From the NCBI GenBank assembly GCA_044440125.1, contig JBITAJ010000022.1:224001-288000 (forward strand): a DNA stretch of 64,000 nt. The letters are read 5' to 3'. This document shows positions 59,384 to 64,000 of the stretch, piece after piece. A model generated the notes under the pieces. That model was not told where the DNA came from, did no database searches, and was given only the letters and a program-made list of their open reading frames with translations. Position 1 is the stretch's first letter. Each line of letters opens with the position of its first letter. This DNA is from Sedimentisphaeraceae bacterium JB056. GTDB taxonomy: Bacteria; Planctomycetota; Phycisphaerae; Sedimentisphaerales; Sedimentisphaeraceae. A program made the position numbers and the translations under genes.

Positions 59384-60903
59384 TTCAATATATCTATTGG
59401 CATCGTATTCGGACAGGTCATAATTCCGGTATCACCTTTTGCCCAGAAACCTATTGTTTCTCTATTCATAAGCTTTTTGAGAATGTATTTACCATCCCAA
59501 AACTTATCCTCAAACTTTTCAAGCCACTGTTGAGTTTTCGCCTCAAGCTCGGCTTTGACTTCCTCATAATCTGGATCATCAAACCTGTTAGTAAGTTCGT
59601 AAGGGTCTTTCTTTCTGTCATACAAAACATTTGCTGATTCTGAAAAGTCATTATCTTTCTGCCCTTGCGGCACATAAACCACTCCTCGGGCATATGTATA
59701 TCGCTTTGTGTACACACCACGCCATGCCGGAGCAAAATACATCAGCGGTATAGAATCCACACCATCATCATTGCCTCTGATTATATCATCAGCAAAACTG
59801 ACACCCTGAACCGTCTCAGGTGGATTTATATCAAGCAAACTGAGAGTTGTCGGCATTATATCCATTGCACCAAGCAAAGTTTCAGTGCTTGTATTTTCCC
59901 TTATAGAGCCAGGCATTTTCAGAATAAACGGCACACCAACAGATTCAACTTCAGGACAGCTCTTAGGTCCGCACCTTTTATTTGAACGAAGCATATCGCC
60001 ATGATCTGCGGTAAATATAATAAGGGTATTGTCATAGAGACCAAGTTCCTTAAGTTTCCTGACAAGCTCACCAAAAGCCTTATCAACACCTGTTATCATC
60101 GCCATATGCCCATGATAGGCTTGTCTGATTTGCGGCGTATCCTCTGCGTTAGGACGAAGCTTTATCGCAGCCGGATCATAGAGATCAAGCAGCTCTTTTG
60201 TTGCCCCGTCGAGATATGTAGAAGGATAATTATCCGCACCTACATTATGAGGAGGATGCCAGGAAACAAACGCCGCAAAAGGCTTATCGGCATTTTTCTC
60301 GATAAATTCACAAGCCTGCTGAGTCTGTCCATAAGGCTCCCACTTATCGAAATACACCTTCTTGCCATTCTCATCAAAATAGAAACACTTTTCAGGCTGA
60401 TAATTTAAATGGCAGTTATTGCTTTTAAATACATCAAAGCCGTGCCTGCGTTTGCCTGCGGGGATTGCCCTGTCTCTGTCGCCACCGTAAAGATGCCACT
60501 TTCCAAAATAACCTGTGGAATAGCCTTCTCTTTTTAGAAGCTCGCCAAAACTGTTTCCGCCTGTATCAAGAAGCTGAATATCATTACTGAAACAACCATT
60601 ATACAAAGGATGCCTGCCTGTAAAGAGCATGCCGCGATAAGGCGTACAGACAGGCTGCGATGATACACAATTCTCAAAACGTATAGAATCCTTGGCGAAA
60701 GCATCTATATTCGGCGATATTACCTGACTGTTGCCATAGCAGCCAAGCATATCTCTGCTGTGCTGATCGGAAAAAACAAAAAGTAAATTTGGCTTTGCTG
60801 CAGACTTTGAAATATCAGTACTCTTACAGCCAAAAGTTAAACCGGCAGTTGCAGCAACTACTGAACCTTTAAGAAATTTCCTTCTGTTAATCTTACTATT
60901 CAC
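59380..60903 (-). CDS. Tat-exported sulfatase
   Basis: NRRKFLK, PNLLFVFSDQ, CTPYR, GKWHL, TADHG. Confidence 0.93.
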   Translation of the reverse strand: MNSKINRRKFLKGSVVAATAGLTFGCKSTDISKSAAKPNLLFVFSDQHSRDMLGCYGNSQVISPNIDAFAKDSIRFENCVSSQPVCTPYRGMLFTGRHPLYNGCFSNDIQLLDTGGNSFGELLKREGYSTGYFGKWHLYGGDRDRAIPAGKRRHGFDVFKSNNCHLNYQPEKCFYFDENGKKVYFDKWEPYGQTQQACEFIEKNADKPFAAFVSWHPPHNVGADNYPSTYLDGATKELLDLYDPAAIKLRPNAEDTPQIRQAYHGHMAMITGVDKAFGELVRKLKELGLYDNTLIIFTADHGDMLRSNKRCGPKSCPEVESVGVPFILKMPGSIRENTSTETLLGAMDIMPTTLSLLDINPPETVQGVSFADDIIRGNDDGVDSIPLMYFAPAWRGVYTKRYTYARGVVYVPQGQKDNDFSESANVLYDRKKDPYELTNRFDDPDYEEVKAELEAKTQQWLEKFEDKFWDGKYILKKLMNRETIGFWAKGDTGIMTCPNTMPIDILK

Positions 60904-60942
60904 AATTATAATTCTTACCGTCCATTGATTTCATTACATCAC

Positions 60943-63900
60943 TTATTCAAAACACTTAAAATCAAAACAGTCTATAGCACCGGTAAACGCTCTGGATTGA
61001 TAGTATGCTACTCCAAGATACAAGGTGTCATGATTAGACTCATTAATATCACCAGAATATGTATTAGTCGTACCTGATGTCCCATCAACACTTATTGAAA
61101 TATCACCATCAACAGCCGCTACTTTTATATGCTGCCAATCATTCAGTGTACATTGAACCGAAGAAACATTTTTCACAGTCCCGTCTGCCTGATAGACATA
61201 GAAATAAAGCTTTGAATCAGTCTTCAGTCTTATTTCCCATGAAGTTGTTACTGCGGCAATTGTCTGTTCAGCCGAATTACTCGAAGGATACAGATCAAAT
61301 TCGATAATAAACTCGTCATAATCATTCCAGAAATCTTCACAGTAAGCCATATCACCACCATCAAATGACAATGCCTGAACTGAATCAACGACACCTACAG
61401 TAGGAACCCATGAACTCGAAGGACTTGAGCTTCTCTGCCCTAAGACAAGCACCTGATCAATAACCGGTGCAAACATGCGTTCACCAAATACGGCATACCT
61501 TGAAGAGCCGTAATGATCAACAGTATCATCATATGATGTCATATTCCAGAGAGCCGCTCTATTATCAGTAAGATCAATGATCTCAAATTTATCTACAGCA
61601 CCTGTAAACATTCTTGTTTCTGAACTTGAAGAGCCAAGATAAAACAACCTGTTGTAGCTCTGACTCACATACCCGCCATAACTAACTGATGTACCATCTG
61701 TCCCATCAATATTAACTGTTATCATTCCATCTTCCACAGTTGCAATACAATGGTGCCAATCCAGCAATGTGTAACTTGGAGAAACTGCCGTTTTAACTCC
61801 TTCGGGCGTATATAAATACATATACATTACCCCGCCACCACGATGGCGAAGCTCAAAACTGCTGTTTACATAAGCAATCGTCTGATCGCCCGAAATTTCA
61901 GGATAAAAATCAAACTCTACCCTGAACTCATCCGACTCCGGCCACATACATTCCGAATAAGCCGTATCACCACCATCAAACACAAGCGACACTACAGAAT
62001 CTACTGTTGCTATACCAGGCTCCTTTGTCGAATTAGGGCTGCTGCTTCGCTGCCCGAGGATCAGATCATGATTCGGGTATTGAAGGTATTTATCACTTCC
62101 CCTCATAGAATTACGTTGATTACCGTAAATATCAATTCGCTGCTCAGACGTCTGCATAGTCCAGTACATCATAGTCGTATGATACTCAAGATCTTTAATC
62201 TTTATATCAGACAGATATCCATAGAAAGGCCTTGTCTCACCATAACAGTTTCCCATATACACAACTCTGTGGTGCGACTGTTTTACATATCCGCTGTAAG
62301 TTGCCGCAGTCCCCAATGAACCATCAACTGCGACATCAAATACTCCATCAGAAACAGTAATAACTGCGTTATGCCACTGATTGAGACTGTAAGATGGTGA
62401 CGATGTACTTACAGTACCCGAACCATCATAAATATATGCATAGAGCTTATTATCAGAACGATGCCTTATCTCAAAAGCCTCTGTAACAAATACCAATGTC
62501 TGATCACTTGAACTTCGGGGATAAAAGTCAAATTCTACGCGGAAATTATTCAACTCCGGCCATCCGGATTCTGCATACGCTATATCGTTACCGTCAAAAC
62601 TTATGTAATCAGGACTGCCCTGCACAAAACTTGGACTTTTGCCGCTATCGGGACTGGAGCTTCTTTGACCAAGAATCAAATCACTGCCCCTGTCTCCGAC
62701 AAGACCATCCTGATCCTCTATCGCAGTTCTGCTGTTGCTGTATATATCCGTCACAGTAACGGTTGCTTCAAGATTATAAGCGAGTACAAGAGGCTCATCT
62801 ATATTCTGAACAAAGATATTTGCAAGTCCGCCATCCAATGGTCTTACTCCAAGATACGCACTTCCAACATATATTGCGGCATGATGACATTCATTAATTT
62901 GCCCGCTGTAAGTAACAGTAGTATCAAATTCATCATCTGCTGTAATTTTAACATTTCCGGATGAAGCATTTGCTGAAACATGTATCCACTGACCAGAGGT
63001 TATTGCCCTCGTTTTTGCACTAACAGTACCATTAATATCATAAACGTAAAAATAGAGTTTCTGATCCGATGTCCTGAATCTTATCTCCCAACTGCTTGTA
63101 ACTGCGATTAAAGTCTGGTCGGAAGTAGTATCCCTGATATAACAATCAAGATCAATTTCAACCTGATCCTGGTTCTCCCATGCGGTATTTGAATACGCAG
63201 TATCACTTCCATCGAAATCCAACGCCCCAACACCGCCTAAGGTTGATATTGAAGGCTCCCATGATGAATCGGCACTTGAACTTCTCTGCCCCAGAACCAA
63301 ATCATTGTCACGGTTTATCACAATATTATCTGAATCAGCTATAATATTTCTCGTATTGTTGTAATTATCCATTCCTGTTGTTATTGTCGTAGAACTCCAA
63401 TCAGCAATAAGCGGTCTTGCAGGTCGACTGTGGGTTAATACCCCATTGTAACCGTTAATTTCACCCTCGGCCACATTTCGGTTGCACTCTTTCAACACTT
63501 TCTCTATCTCAGGCGTATTGGGATACCTGAGATTGGCATATTCATAAAGAGATACCGAACTCAAATGCAAAATACCGTCAGTATAATACCCACCTTTAAT
63601 GGTGGTATCATTCTCTATAAGAAAATCAGAATAATACTGAAACGCTAATTTAAGATTCTCGTTATAAGGTCCTGTATAACTATAAAGATCAAGACCATTA
63701 TTGTAAGCCATTTCGCAGATGTAAGTAAGCAGCTTTGTATGAAAATAACAATAATTCAAACCCATATTCAAATTAGGATCAGATGAATAAGGACTTACAA
63801 CCCTGTATCTGTCATAAATCTCTCCGTTAGAAACATTGTCTGGATCAGGATCTGCGGTATAACATTGAGAGGTTCCTTTAGCACTCATCAATATAGTACC

Positions 63901-64000
63901 ACAAAGCATCTCTTTGAAATCGCGAGCGTTCTGAGTACTGTCAGTGGCAAAACTTATAAGACTCGAATCATCAGTAGCATAACCAACGGCAAGCATACCC
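60943..64000 (-). CDS. Alginate-lyase-like protein with four tandem LamG-like repeats (5' end beyond the window)
   Basis: The frame is open to the window edge. GEIYDRYR lyase motif and four repeats of about 205 aa each containing L(V/I)LGQRSSS. Confidence 0.8.
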   Translation of the reverse strand, partial: GMLAVGYATDDSSLISFATDSTQNARDFKEMLCGTILMSAKGTSQCYTADPDPDNVSNGEIYDRYRVVSPYSSDPNLNMGLNYCYFHTKLLTYICEMAYNNGLDLYSYTGPYNENLKLAFQYYSDFLIENDTTIKGGYYTDGILHLSSVSLYEYANLRYPNTPEIEKVLKECNRNVAEGEINGYNGVLTHSRPARPLIADWSSTTITTGMDNYNNTRNIIADSDNIVINRDNDLVLGQRSSSADSSWEPSISTLGGVGALDFDGSDTAYSNTAWENQDQVEIDLDCYIRDTTSDQTLIAVTSSWEIRFRTSDQKLYFYVYDINGTVSAKTRAITSGQWIHVSANASSGNVKITADDEFDTTVTYSGQINECHHAAIYVGSAYLGVRPLDGGLANIFVQNIDEPLVLAYNLEATVTVTDIYSNSRTAIEDQDGLVGDRGSDLILGQRSSSPDSGKSPSFVQGSPDYISFDGNDIAYAESGWPELNNFRVEFDFYPRSSSDQTLVFVTEAFEIRHRSDNKLYAYIYDGSGTVSTSSPSYSLNQWHNAVITVSDGVFDVAVDGSLGTAATYSGYVKQSHHRVVYMGNCYGETRPFYGYLSDIKIKDLEYHTTMMYWTMQTSEQRIDIYGNQRNSMRGSDKYLQYPNHDLILGQRSSSPNSTKEPGIATVDSVVSLVFDGGDTAYSECMWPESDEFRVEFDFYPEISGDQTIAYVNSSFELRHRGGGVMYMYLYTPEGVKTAVSPSYTLLDWHHCIATVEDGMITVNIDGTDGTSVSYGGYVSQSYNRLFYLGSSSSETRMFTGAVDKFEIIDLTDNRAALWNMTSYDDTVDHYGSSRYAVFGERMFAPVIDQVLVLGQRSSSPSSSWVPTVGVVDSVQALSFDGGDMAYCEDFWNDYDEFIIEFDLYPSSNSAEQTIAAVTTSWEIRLKTDSKLYFYVYQADGTVKNVSSVQCTLNDWQHIKVAAVDGDISISVDGTSGTTNTYSGDINESNHDTLYLGVAYYQSRAFTGAIDCFDFKCFE

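Noticed and set aside
1..64000. Transposases, integrases, tRNA/rRNA genes, cohesin domains
   Set aside because: None was recognisable by eye. A divergent cohesin or small RNA could have been missed without HMM or covariance searches.

Overview
AT-rich bacterial DNA, probably from an anaerobic planctomycete of the Phycisphaerae/Sedimentisphaerales type. This placement is inferred from the many Ca-binding dockerin-like 'DxNxDxxVxxxD...W' modules, a DUF1559 prepilin-like gene and Tat sulfatases. The window has two parts. (1) About 2.1-30.5 kb is an exported-redox locus. One minus-strand run encodes a 1713-aa Ig/beta-helix protein, three two-domain multicopper-oxidase-like subunits, a small lipoprotein, a subtilase, a 10-heme OTR-like cytochrome c, a secreted protein, a DUF1559 protein and CcsB/CcsA. 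Divergent from it is hypF, which converges on a complete group-1 [NiFe]-hydrogenase operon with two Tat small subunits, one large subunit, a maturation protease and hypCDEAB. The most striking signal is that dockerin-like modules are attached to, or inserted inside, most of these redox proteins, including both hydrogenase small subunits and the multiheme cytochrome. The copper ligands of the three MCO subunits are also complementary and together add up to one complete oxidase. This suggests an undescribed, possibly co-assembled extracytoplasmic H2-to-cytochrome-to-copper-oxidase system. (2) About 31-64 kb is a polysaccharide and sugar-acid utilisation region: SSS transporter, BNR sialidase-like protein, kdgK/eda, isomerases, regulators, several alginate-lyase/heparinase-like proteins and sulfatases. 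All functional calls come from motif recognition by eye, without database searches.
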